Program-made: the position numbers and the translations under genes
The notes under the pieces: model-generated
What the model saw: the letters and a program-made list of their open reading frames with translations, nothing else
Told to the model about the DNA's origin: nothing
Database searches by the model: none
Assembly (NCBI GenBank): GCA_965285935.1
Contig: OZ260666.1
Coordinates: 35,340,001-35,404,000 of the forward strand
DNA: 64,000 nucleotides
From: Ophelia neglecta
Lineage: Eukaryota
Reading direction: 5' to 3'
In this document: piece by piece, positions 1-13,000 of the stretch
Numbering within the stretch: position 1 is the first letter of the stretch
How the letters are laid out: every line of letters starts with the position of its first letter

Positions 1-3000
1 AATCACTAAGTTATCCATGATCAAGGTGTTTTGAGGTGGAAGGACAGCCTAAGGTAAACCTGAACGTCTAATTGTCATAAAAATATTAATTAATAGATTG
101 TTCTCATTGATAAAGTAAATATCTTTGTGTCAATGCCTTTTCATCGGGTAAAGTTCACGTACCAGCCACGTATACGTTTTTCATACCTGTTGCATCCGTA
201 AAAGAATGAACGTACATCATTCAATTTTCTAATGACCGCTATTATTTCATCTTTTTATTAAAAAGTGGACTTATATATTGTCCTAGTTTCAAGGCGCCAA
301 AATTTCAGTTATTATTTCCTTTCTACTTAGCCCGGTCTATTATACTGGTATGTTGGATAAAGGCAAAAATCAACTTTTCCGATTGGATGCTAACCTTATT
401 TCTTTCGGGATTTAATGTCTTTACTCCATATAGATATGTCCCTTACTACATTAAAGGCTGCAAAATACTTCCTCTGCCATATTGATTTGATCCCCACGAA
501 ACCCCACCCCTGTCTTCTCCCACTGCCACACCCTATACTATCGTTAAGAATTGTGTATTGTATATAGGGGTTCGAGATCTAACAAAGCGGGCGGGAGGGG
601 GCGGGGATGTTAGGTTAGGTATGGGGGATGGGAGAGGAGGGGGGGACAAGAACATAATTGGTCCATAACAATATTAATGGGGTTGTTTTTATGAAATCGG
701 CCACGTCTTTCCTTGGGGTTTTCCCCCACCCCAAAGGTGCTTAAAAAGGAACTCAAAATCACGCTTAGCACCCATCTTTCGTCCCTTTTCTGACCAGTTC
801 AAAAATTACTACCGGCTCCCAAAAGTAATAGAGCCGCAACGACTGATATTTACACCTGGATAAAAGTGCTGGTCCTTTGCATACACCTTTTTTATATCGC
901 CTTTGGATTTACAACTAACCTTGGATTGCCGAATGGGCCGCAAATATTGAAAAAAAGTATTGTCATATCTGTCTCTTTTATATAAATAGCAAATAATTGT
1001 CAGCGTTAACTATGGCACGTGAAGTATGTGTTAACGTGTGCCATGTCTGGCGAACAGTTGTCCTAACATAGGAACTGAGATATATGCTCTTCTCAGCATG
1101 TGATCCCCGGTCCATCAGGGTTACAATGTACGAAATAGCCCGTAAAATAAACAGACGGCTCCCTTTACGCTGGGTCCTCTCGGCTAGGATTTCTCGGTGG
1201 TGTGTTTACAGCCCCTGCTCAGGTCCAAACCCGGAATCGCCTTCAATGTTGCATCAATTAGTGGTATCTCTCTCACGGGTCAGATGCCATCTTCTATATC
1301 TCCGATCATATCAGTATCGAGGCCCAAAGAAAACTAACATGGCCGAGTGTTTGTTTGGCTTCTGGCTGCCAGGTGTCGCTGAAACGTATCCGGCGGCCGC
1401 GCTATGACTTCTGGGATCTATTTTCCATCAAATTGGCAGTCTGGAAGTTTTTGCAAGGAAGAGCTATTTTACATGTCGTTTGTTGCTAGATTTGGGAATA
1501 CATGTAATCCCCGAAGGGTTTACACGTAACCCCTGCAGCTGAATTAATGTTGTTTCTTGTTTATTTGTGCATGTTACGTCTCGTAATTCATCAAAGCAAA
1601 TCATATCAAGTTTCTACAAATCAGTCTTTATCTTTGTTGAAAGGTATAACCCGATAGAAGCTTTGAACATCTTTTTGAATGTTTCATTCTGTTCACTAAT
1701 GTCTGTCGAGCAAAAATGAAATGTTTTATGTACATAGCCATGCAATATCTCCCTATATAGCGTTAAAGTTTGAACCTATAGGCCTATACAGACGAGCTAG
1801 GCGTGCTTCTTATATGTAAGTGCATGGTAAAGACAACTTTGAAAATCTGTCCTCAATATCCATTTGCAGAGAAGACTAATCTTAAAATTAAGAAAAAAAG
1901 TAGCTCTTTTTCTTCAGTCTTTTTTTCCTCTTTGGAACTTGCCATGTGACGCGAGTATGCGGAAAGGGGCCACATTTGTTTCACTATTGCCTTGCAATAA
2001 AACGCATATGAATTCTCTTAGTGTTACTAAACGCCGTGACTAAGTAGATAATCATTAATAAATATGATACTTCCGTGTAAATGCTAACTCCATCTAAGGG
2101 CATTTGCCTGCTTAAGATATAGCAATAATACGCCCAGGATTTGATCCAATAACAAGCTGTACAAAGCGGTATGGCTAAACCCACTTAGTGTATGAATTAG
2201 TGCTTGACTCGTCTCAGATACTGCCTTCTAAGTATACATTTGTATACCAACAACCGGCAACAGCATACAGGAAGGCCCTTCAAGAGGTTAACTGGCTGCA
2301 GGAACACACGATTAGCTTATAATTGGATTTCGAGGCTGGTTAATTACATGCATTAAGAGCATTATGAGTAACGCGAGACGCCTCTCAAGATAAGGCCCGG
2401 TGATTGGCTGGCTTGTAAATGGGAGGAGCCTGAGGTACAGGTATTTCAGTGATAATGCGTCCGAATCTATTTGACTGGCCACACGGGCTTGAATTCGGAG
2501 AAATTTATAGAATTTACGTGTATACAAGTCTGTTCAAATGACTTTGCCGGTAAACTAGTATGATGTATTCTCATGATAACGAGGTATTGTTTAATAAATT
2601 AAAGTGTTTATCAACTAAACTTTTTGATTTATCTTGGAGCGACATACCGACTGAGAATTCTCATGATATGTCCACATTCCCTCAAAAGTATACAAAAATT
2701 ATGTAAGCACTTTTTTAATAATATCTTTCTTTGGCTGGTTCTTTATATGTATATACGTGTGTGTGGGTTTGTGTATTTATATTGATTTTACTAATTGAAA
2801 AGTGTCTTTAAAGCATATATATGCATTCTTAGATTTCAGTTGCACTCTTAATGTGTAGTTGTACAAATTCACTCAGTAATACGACTTTCTTTATCTATTT
2901 CACAACCCACTGTGGCCGGTCATTTGATATCGTAAGTTGAAGTAATTCTTGTTAGAGCCGTGTTTATTTGTCTTTCACCAGATTAGGAGAGCTCCACATC

Positions 3001-3616
3001 GGGATTTTGTTTAAGGGACCAACATGCCTGATGAAAGCGCTGTCAGTCAACTTGTAGGCCCCGCCTTTGCAGTGGCAGTCGAACTATGTTATAGTTGAAT
3101 GCTTCACGTAAGAGTTAAAAGAGTGTTTTGCTCTTTAAAAAAAAGGGCGAAAGAAAGTTGCATTTATCCAACGTAACCATCTACAAGTGGGACCAGTGCA
3201 AGTGCTATATAGTAATCTTATATAATAATACCAACTCTATCAATTTTGAATAATGTAACTGAAGCCTGCTAACCAGGAAAAAAAACATTTTCAACACTGT
3301 ATTAATAGTGAATTAACACTCTTTCGCAACAAGAGTTCGTGCAATACATGTGGTTCTTACAAAGCATTGTCGAATTCTTTCCACCTTAAACACTTCCCCC
3401 CCCCCCGACATCTCCCCCCCCCCCATCCCCTACTTTCCCTCTTTCCCCTGTCGCCTGCCCGATCTGCTCCTCCCACCCCACGCCGTACGTAACCGGAGCC
3501 TCCTATGGCGGTGCTCACTTGTTGCCGGTCTTATCTCGGGCAGGCGAGCGCCGCTATCTTAAAGTCTCCCGAAGTCTCGCGGGGAGCCGTGCCAGATAAG
3601 ATCAGCTCCGAACAGC

Positions 3617-4010
3617 ATGGAGAGACGAGCAGATTTCATCGAGCAGCCGACAAATGGCGATAAATTCGGATTCAGATCCGAGTTTCCCAGTCTGGCGAGA
3701 GGCATCGAATGCGGAAAGATTACGACACTAGCCCAAGAGCCCGATTCGAGAATCTCGGCGTCCTATCGCGAGAAAATATCCGCGGACTTCCCGGTATCGT
3801 CTGAGAGGGCTCGGTCGACTGAACAGGACTCTTTGTCAAAGTCGTCTGCTAGCTTTGTGAAGGAGAATAAAACGGCTGCTGGAGAACAACAAGGGAATAG
3901 TAAGAAAGGACGAGAACACATCGACTTGTGTACAGGGATTACGCTACCTCTAAAACAGCACTCTATCGATAACATTCTGGGACACTCGGACAATACCAAC
4001 ATGCATCAAG
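3617..4010 (+). CDS. Alx: Alx exon 1 (start codon; octapeptide/eh1-like HSIDNILG at 3959-3982)
   Basis: ATG in context cagcATGG. The ORF is open to the donor CAAG|GTACGC at 4010/4011, phase 1, which matches exon 2. Confidence 0.8.
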
Positions 4011-7000
4011 GTACGCATATTTATGCTTCTTTTTGAGATGGTTAAATTATAAAATCATTATTTATCAATGAGTTTTAAAGCTTTCTTGGCTACTCTAATG
4101 CATAGTAGATCGTAAGCCAGAGCTAGTTTTAAAAATCGCAATAGAAACCACGTCTTTCAATAACTACAATCTATTGAACGCTCTACTTCTTTGTAAGTGT
4201 CGTGTCGTTTCTTTTCATCTCATTGCTTTGATTTCTTATTCATGCAATCACTGTGATTGAAGTCAGGTAAGCTTCTACGTCAGTAAATCACATTTCTTAC
4301 CGAAAATAAATAAATCTTCTTTTCCAAGCATATACTTGCCACTTAAGATTTTTATTCTTCATGTTAGACACCTGGTAATAGTGTGCGAAAACGTTTTTAA
4401 GCCATTTCGAAAAGCAATGTTTGTAAACAATTTAGTCTGTAAATCGGCGTCTTGAATTCACTAGAATTAACGTTGAGTATGTGTTTATCCTAAGTTATTC
4501 AATTATCCTTCTTCAACAAGTGTTACTAAATCGCATGAACATATTTAACTAGGCTTGATGGATAAAAGACGCAGTAAGCAGGAAATATTCTGCTCTCATT
4601 GTTCATGTTTACTGTTCAATGGCTCAGCAATAGCCTGCTCACCGCTTTTAGATTCACCATTAATATCATGGGGTTATGAATATTCGTAGCTTAACAATCC
4701 AACCACAAACTTTCGATGAAACTCTTGCCCCCGTAAATCAATTAAGCGGCCATGGTAAACCACAGGTTTGCCACCCCCTATTGACATACAAACGCACTAA
4801 GCGACTAGACATTTCCTTCGAGTCCTGCGGATGGTAGCACTTGACAAGATTTTAGGCGGTCGGTTGTTAATTCCACCATTTTGTCCGTTGTTTAGGCCTC
4901 CCTGCATTCGAGACCTCCCATGTGCCAAGACCTTCTACAAGTGTGTACAAATGTTTGGCGATGATCATTGCATCCCGACACATGTTAAGTCGTCATGTCA
5001 AAATACGTCTGCGGCCTACTTAGGGAGGCTTAATTTCACTAATATTATTCTAAAAATCACATTCACCCATTTTTTTGCCGTCGACATGTGTTTGACACAT
5101 TTGCCGAGACTTAGAAAGTGAGTGCCGTCGGTTAGATGAACCGTGAGGCAGATTCATCAGCCGAGAGACAGGTCCTCGAGATCGTCTGCTGAGCCGGCAC
5201 TATAGAGGGGCGATAACCTGAAGAAATCACTGAGTTAGAATCTACCCGAATGAAGTCCACTGATCCACGCCAGGTTTTTTTGCACTGGGCTGAATTCAAT
5301 CATATATAGTGCCCCAAAGATTTCTAAAATGCAAGTTAAGGAAGATGTTAGTCAGATCCAGCATTTGATAATGAAAACTTTTAATACCTGGTTAGCCAAG
5401 TGCAGGCATCAGCCATTGGGTAAAAACACTATATTAACCTGATATATCTGAGTTACAAACTTTTGGCTGCTAAAAGGCTATTACCTATATGTGTAAGTTT
5501 GTCTCTGACTGTACCAGGTGCGAAGTTTATGATGGGCAAATTAAAGAGACATGTTACTCCCTTGATAATAACTCCCTATTATTAAAGTATGGATATAAAA
5601 CGTAAATGTCTTGAACAACTAACTGTTAGTTTGCCAGTGAGCAAGCCTACTTGTTTTCTTTTAGCGTGAGTGATGTGTTTATCAAAAGGGAGTTGACATT
5701 GCGAAGTGAGGACGATCGAACAATACAACTGTAAACCAACCAGCCGAGTTGTTATACAAGGCACGGGTCAAATATATGGATTTATTATTGGTATAATTCG
5801 TTATTAACTTGTCTTTAGTGTTGTCTCGTGTTTCTCTGATGAATTTCTTCTTGCTGCGAGCCAATTTTTGCCATGTATGTCACAAGCCAGAGGGATCACA
5901 GAAACAGAAAAAATCAGCATTTATGGAATTAACTTTAAATTAATTATAAGAGCAATTCTTAACACAAAAAACGACTATTTAAAATGAATGTTGCAAGCGA
6001 TGTGCACTGAATGTGAAGCATTGCCGCGATGATTCAGCTTGTTATCAACAGAAGAACATCAAGAGCTGGCTTGGGGTGTTCGTAATTGGCTCGTAGACAC
6101 TTTTTACCGACTCACTCGAGGGGATAAGGCCTAGCTGCTTGTCATCGGCCACTTCACCCCATCACCTTCACAAAACATCAAACTGTGTGCCTCTGGACTG
6201 ACTACCATAGGTTATGGCTGTTATTTTCAGAAAAGAGGAACTATTAACGAATTTTAATGTTGTTGTTTATGCTCTTGTCTGTCCCTAGGGAAGTGTATTT
6301 AAGTTATAGTCGTCTGTAGCTGTATTCATGTATGCTCTTCTTTAACTTAAAAACGTGGCCGGTCAAAATGAAATAATAAGGGCTGATGTTTCAGGAAATT
6401 GAGATGTAGTATGAAAAGAATTACATAAGGCCTTATAACATAAATAGTACACAATAAAGGCCTAAAAATGCCTTATTGGTTATCTAAAACAGTTGGATTC
6501 AACCTTACAGTGGACAGGAAGTCCTGCACTGATATTATCATGTCAATCGCCGTTATTTCCAAATTGTTTTCAATGTCATGATGCAGTCTTGTTCCTCGCT
6601 TCAGTGGCTGGTGAGGATTGTCCTGTAAGAGGACGTGAAGGGTGTAGCCCCTCGGCCTCCCTGTCCCCACCCTCCCGGGACAGCTCAGGCAGTTTGTCAG
6701 CACCTTCCCCGGGGGTGGCTACGAGCCCCGGGGGATCTGTCAACGATCACCAAGACAATGACGAACCCTCGCCTATCAAGGATGATGGTAGGGTATTTTC
6801 ATTTTTATATCCTTTATATTTGCTGTGATTGCTTTGCTTCCATGTTATGCTACTTGCTAATTCATTTGCTAGTTCTTCTTTTTAAATGTGAACCTATATA
6901 ATGTTCTCATTGGGTTTGCTCATACATGGACAGCTATTTTAAAAGCCTACGTTCTTTAGATTATGAATACGGTCATATTTTTCCCTCAAAGTATAAAGTA

Positions 7001-10000
7001 TAACAGTATTCATTATACAAGAACATAGTTTTGTTGGCATTAAAGCATCTGGTCAGACGAGAGCTTCTCCAAAGCCAAATTTCTTTGTTTAATTGGTATA
7101 TATCTACATTCAATATACTGACTTCTGTTTTTTTCCAGACGATCTGTGCGGAGACGAAGACAGCGCCGACAAGCGGAAGAAGCGTCGTAACCGGACGACT
7201 TTCACTTCGTTCCAGTTGGAGGAGATGGAACGAGTGTTCCAGAAAACTCACTACCCCGACGTGTACGCCAGGGAACAACTCGCCCTCAGGTGTAACCTAA
7301 CCGAGGCCAGAGTACAGGTAAGGCGAAACAAACAAATTATTTTCTTTTGAATATATATATAGAAAGATTTTACCAGCAAAGGAGAAATAGGCATTTTATT
7401 CTGCTACTTTACGTTAAAGCATTGTTGCTTTGCGAATTGGTTGTTCATATCCTTACCGAGCTAGCTATTTTTGTTTCCTCATAATAAAAACTGCGAGTAT
7501 AAACCTACTAACGTTACATAGCCGCGAACAAGACTTTTATCTTAAGTTTGTATTGAAACCACAAATTGTTAGTAATATGAAGGTTAATGCGATTTGTGTA
7601 ATGGTAAGGCTTTGTTGAACTTGGCGTGCCTTGCAACTGTTCATACGCCTGGCTTTAATTTGTAAATTCCTTGACCTCATAACAGAAATAATGAAATATA
7701 AGTTATTGGATAACTCGCACCACGTGTGTTTCTATCACCTTCAGTCTGTTATTTTATAAATAGCTTAAAACTTCATCAGTGATCGACAGCTGCATGCTGT
7801 TGTTAGGGCCGCATTCCACCTTTGAAACATGCCACCCCGGTTACATTATTTGATAACAATCGCCGAGAAAGAAACAATATATATTTTTGTCCGAGTCGTT
7901 GAGAAATATTGTGCACAGCGGCGAAGTAATAAGACCTTGTGTGCCTTATTGGTGCCCTATGTGAACCATGCTAATTATATTTCCAGCCATAGTTCCTGAA
8001 ATTAACGTTACAGGAAGAATATTGGCTGCGCAAACAGTCTAAAGAAACAACAAGTATTTAGCTTAACTCCTGCGATTTCGCGCTATTGTTATTTCATGGC
8101 AGAATCTGTCTGTAAGGTGCTGACACGCACTTGCCACTTCTATTTCTCAACAACATGCTAACGCCAATGTAGTTACATGTTTCATCCGGGACCTCTGCGA
8201 CCCAGCGTCCCCCAAACACGCAGCAGCACACGTGTTTCCAATTAACTTCCGGTCGCGGAGTTCTCCGATGTTCCATTACCAGTGCATCAAGCTCTTGTTA
8301 TCAGCAGTCAGCAGATTTCTAAGTACTCAAGAATGTGGCGAGCAGAACCGTGAGTTGTAAGCGTCCAAGCGGTCCTCCTGTCTAAGTCGAATAATTCTTG
8401 GAATCGTCAGCAACTGGTGAGACACGATAACTATCGGATATTCTCAAACTGAAGAGGTGATTAGAGCGTAGCTTGTCGTAATTATTTCAGTAAATAAACC
8501 GACAGTCTGACTTTGAATACTGGGAAATAAAATAGATATAGGCCTATATTCTATAGAATCGTGCCATGTCGAATCCCTTGAGTTGTTTCCATCATATTAC
8601 AACTAAACCAAAGCTTACCACGACATGAGTCATGACCGATATAGGCCTGGTTGTCTCATCTTTATCTTAATTAGTAATACGTTCGCATGTGGAGATTATA
8701 TTAATTTTTAGTGAAAGTTGGCTTTGCTGTCGCATCTTTTTTCATCCTATTCGTAGCCACTTCAAGGCTCGTATGCCTCGTTTTCAGTATCTTTGAAGTA
8801 ACTTTCCCCTTGTGTTTCTAATTACCCCGCACTTGGGTTAAGATCTGGGGCTTGCGGCCAATGATAGTATACTAAAAGGGTCATAGGATTACTCGGAGCA
8901 AGGGTAATAACTCAATTTTAGGCACACTCTAGGTTAATAACTGTAATTGTATACATGCACATGACTTCGTCTTTGAAAAAGGAGTAAAAATGTGTACGAC
9001 AATGAAATGGCTGTCAACGTCAGTGACATGTTTTTTGTCTTGGCTCATTAAAATGTCTTTTTGTAAATAGATTAGGGAGACGTTTGTTGTTTTTAAATGC
9101 GTTAAATGAAAGTCTGCACTAAACGGCCAATTTAAGGTTGACTTTTTATAGGTATTGAGGGCAAACAGTGTAAATAATCCAATTTCGTATCTCATACCAA
9201 ATGATGGATTATAGCAATAATTCTCCGTACATGACAGTTGATTATTATGTTTATCATATCACAATCATAAGTCTGACATTTAATATCGAGATATGAGCAA
9301 GTGCCTGTCATGTGGAAAACCTTCACCTGGCGTATCCCATCTCTTCATCTCTCCTTGTTCTCAGCGCGCAAACAAAGACGAAGAAACTCTCCTCCACTTC
9401 AAAAGGAAGGAGGAATTGCTATTCCAGAGGCTCCAATTTCATATTCAGTGGCATATGAAATTACCGGGAATGCCCGAATAGTGAGCATGCAGTGAAACAC
9501 TTTGACTAGCTGAGCCACCCGCAGCGATATGGCGATAAAGGCGTGTCAAACTCGTGGGAGATATGCCGCACGTTTGTCGCGAATAGGGACGATATGCTTC
9601 ATATTCAGCGGCGATGGGGGTGGTATATCGGCGAGCCGGCCCCCGTAGATGGGCAAATGACTAATGGGGCGGGACGGGGTTAGGGGGTCACTTCCCGGAG
9701 GTAGAAAAGGCGGAATCAAAAGTGAAAATGGCCGAGTGAACGCTTTTCAAGCCCTGAAAATTATCTGGTGTACATTAAAATGAAATTGACGCCACCCAAA
9801 ACACTCGGTTGCGTTCATTTGTTCCCACACAGTTGATGATTCATTTATGATGTTAATCGATTAGCTGTGCAGACATTGTAGCGGGCTTGATTTCACTGAT
9901 TTTTTCTTGGAATTATATAACGGTTTGGTTATTAGGAAAACGTTTATACATAGGCCTATGTGCCCTTCTAAGGATATATACTCAGAGGACCAGTCCATCC

Positions 10001-13000
10001 TCGACAATGACACGTCGAACTTTTCAACACTACATTATATAATAGGCCGATTGTTTTATTGAGCCCAGGTCAATATATAGATAATAGGCCTACGGTACAT
10101 GGTTAGAGCCACTATAAGTCGCCGCAAGATGGTCGCTATAAAAATAATGTCCTTTTTATTAGTATAATGTCTAAACACCCAAAGTAGCAGTCGTTCGATA
10201 ACCAAAACACTATACAGTTTAAAATATCTCTCGTTCCGAAGTTTAGAATTCTTTAAAATATAACTTAAACCGTGTAACCAGTTGCTGCGAATTACATCCA
10301 TCAATTGCAAGTAGTGGATATGGAAGTATTGCCTAGAGAATCAAGGGAAGACCACCCCTTTGGATAATCAGCCCTTCTTAGAATTGTATGACCCCTCACT
10401 GAACACCCCATCTCTTCAGATGACCTGTAACAATGACTAACTTCACCGTACCTAGAGAACGTTGTACTGGCCTCTTAAAATTGAGCGGAGGAGTAACCCA
10501 CCTTTCATATTCAGTAAGACGCGTGAATAAGATACATCGTACCCTTATCTCATGCCAATAATCGCAAATGAGTCTGCCTAGATAGATAATGCGATAAAAA
10601 CAGATCGTTAAGATCCGTTTAGCCTTTCCATCAGCAATTTGTAGATAATCTGAGAGTTAGGGTCCCCGGTTGTGAGACAGGAGTTGAGACCTTTATGTCA
10701 TCCTCCGATGTCTATGGTATTTCCACTTCTCGTCTACTATCCTGTATAATCTAGTCATTTTAGATAATTTCGAGAATCTTCGGTTACCTTCTTGTAAAAC
10801 TTAAAATCGTCAGAACCAAGAATAAAAGTATGCATTCAACCCTGCAGGAGAGTCCGGTATAAGCAACAAAGTTATATAAGAAATATTCACCAAGGACTTT
10901 AGAGTTCTCCATTGCTACTTATTTTCTTTATTATGATATTCGATTTTCGTTTTATAATTATATAGACATACGTCTTGCATGTTGGTTATTTTTTTAAATT
11001 CTTATCGACGCAAAGTAATAAAACTGCTGGCATTTATAGTTGCCCTAAGCTGTAGAAAAAAATAATAGTAATTTAATTTGAAGTTTTGGGTTGTTTATTT
11101 TTCCGGAACCACAGTGAGTTCGCTCGTTTGATTTAAACTTCATTTGGGTTATCATCTCGTTGGTAAAACGCTTCTATCTCCCCGAGATAGTATCCGCCCC
11201 TCGCACCCTCCCCTCTCGTTATGAGATTAACATGTCAGGCGGTGACGATTGAAATTCTCATTTCATGCCGGATTACCCGGCCTTGTCTTTTTGATCTGCC
11301 GAGTTAGATAAGTGATAAGTTCGTTTGGTTAAGCGGACCATTGGAAATTACTGGTGTCGCGTTTCGCGCGGTATTATCATAATTTGATATCGCAGTTTAC
11401 GGTTTCTCGGAGGGTCAAGTGGAATGATACCCTGGGATTGGGTGGTGGAAAGATCCAATTATTAGCGATTTTGAACCTTACGATATACCGCAGACGACAT
11501 GTAAATAATTTTTGTGACCTATACCCGACTTCACTGTATAGATAACCTCTACCACTCAATCACCCGTTTTATGTCGTCTATTAATATGAGTCTAGAAATC
11601 GGCATTTCCACTAGGCCTACACATACTATATATTTATTGCATGTTTATTAAAGGTGAATATTAAATATATTACGATGATAAGTTAGTGTATGAGTTTTAT
11701 ACATAATGTAGGCGAAAGGCAGATTACATATTAAAGGCGTCAGTTTATGTTTCTCAATAAAGATCATGAGGGGGTGACTGAATCCAATTTGGCCACACGA
11801 GCCAGTAATAAACACGTCTTATCTTTGCCTTGGTATTAAACCCTGATCGATTTGTTTTCTCAATTTTCGGCGAATTTACCTCACAGTAGAACTAAATACA
11901 CAGTTTGACGATATACATCATTTTTCAATTAGCTGGCGTTAGATTTGATTGGCTATGATTGACGGCAATGATTGGCTGTAATTGGACGCTGAGGGGGCAC
12001 ATTCCCAACTCAATAGGAGCCTGCGACTGTTCGATTCTTTTCGTTGGAGCAGCTCGTCTTTGCTGTAAGGTAGCCGATCTTCCCTCGGATGATATCACAG
12101 CCTTTGGCGTTTTCTTTGTTGGACTGACAGGCTATTTTTATTTGATTTGGCGGCTGGACAAACAAGGGGTCTGGTCCATTAAACCAACCTCAACATGTCA
12201 AATATGATTCAACGGTCTTGCATCGAAAATATAGGCTGAACAGTTTTTAATCAGAAGCATAAACTGTTGAAATTGCCAATTATAAATGTAAAAAAAGGCA
12301 GAGGGATATACTACTTAGAATTCTACCATAGACTTACCTCACGTATACTTAAGATATTTTATTGGTGTGGGAGAAATTTATGTCAAATACGAAAGTGAAG
12401 TTTCGATGAAATATATGCAGTTCCACTAGGAAATTTAGTCTTCCACAGAGCAGGGTAGATTTCAGGGTTTTCACCGAGCCATGTCCAAAATGTGTTGCCA
12501 ATTTCCTTGATCTCCCGTCGAGCAGCACTTGGGCGAAACTTGTCGTATTTTTCTAAGAAATTGAAACCGTGGATGGGAGACTGGTTGGAGAAAGAATGCT
12601 ATTCCGGCGGCGAAATCTGCTCTTAATGGTGGCAGACCAGCCGAACAGGGCACAACAAAGGCAGAGAACAGGGCGGGAATGAGGAGAATTTTGAGTGTAT
12701 CTCGTCTGCGGGCGGCAAAAATAGTGCTGACATTTAGCTTTCGGGGTCGGCACAAGTTGTCGGCTGCTAAGTGGCTCAAATTGGTGGCGAACCCAGACAA
12801 ACACGCTCCCGACAGCGAGAGGCGATAATGGCTTTATGAATTGTAATTAATTTAATAAAGAAGAGCAATAAACACTAGAGGAGAGCTCGTTTTAGGCGAA
12901 TTCCTGCCAGACTTTGGTAAGGGGCTAGTTGATATATGCTCGGCTACAGCCATGGTGTGGGTAATAGGACCAACCAGGTAGTCTGTGTACTGCTGGCCCT

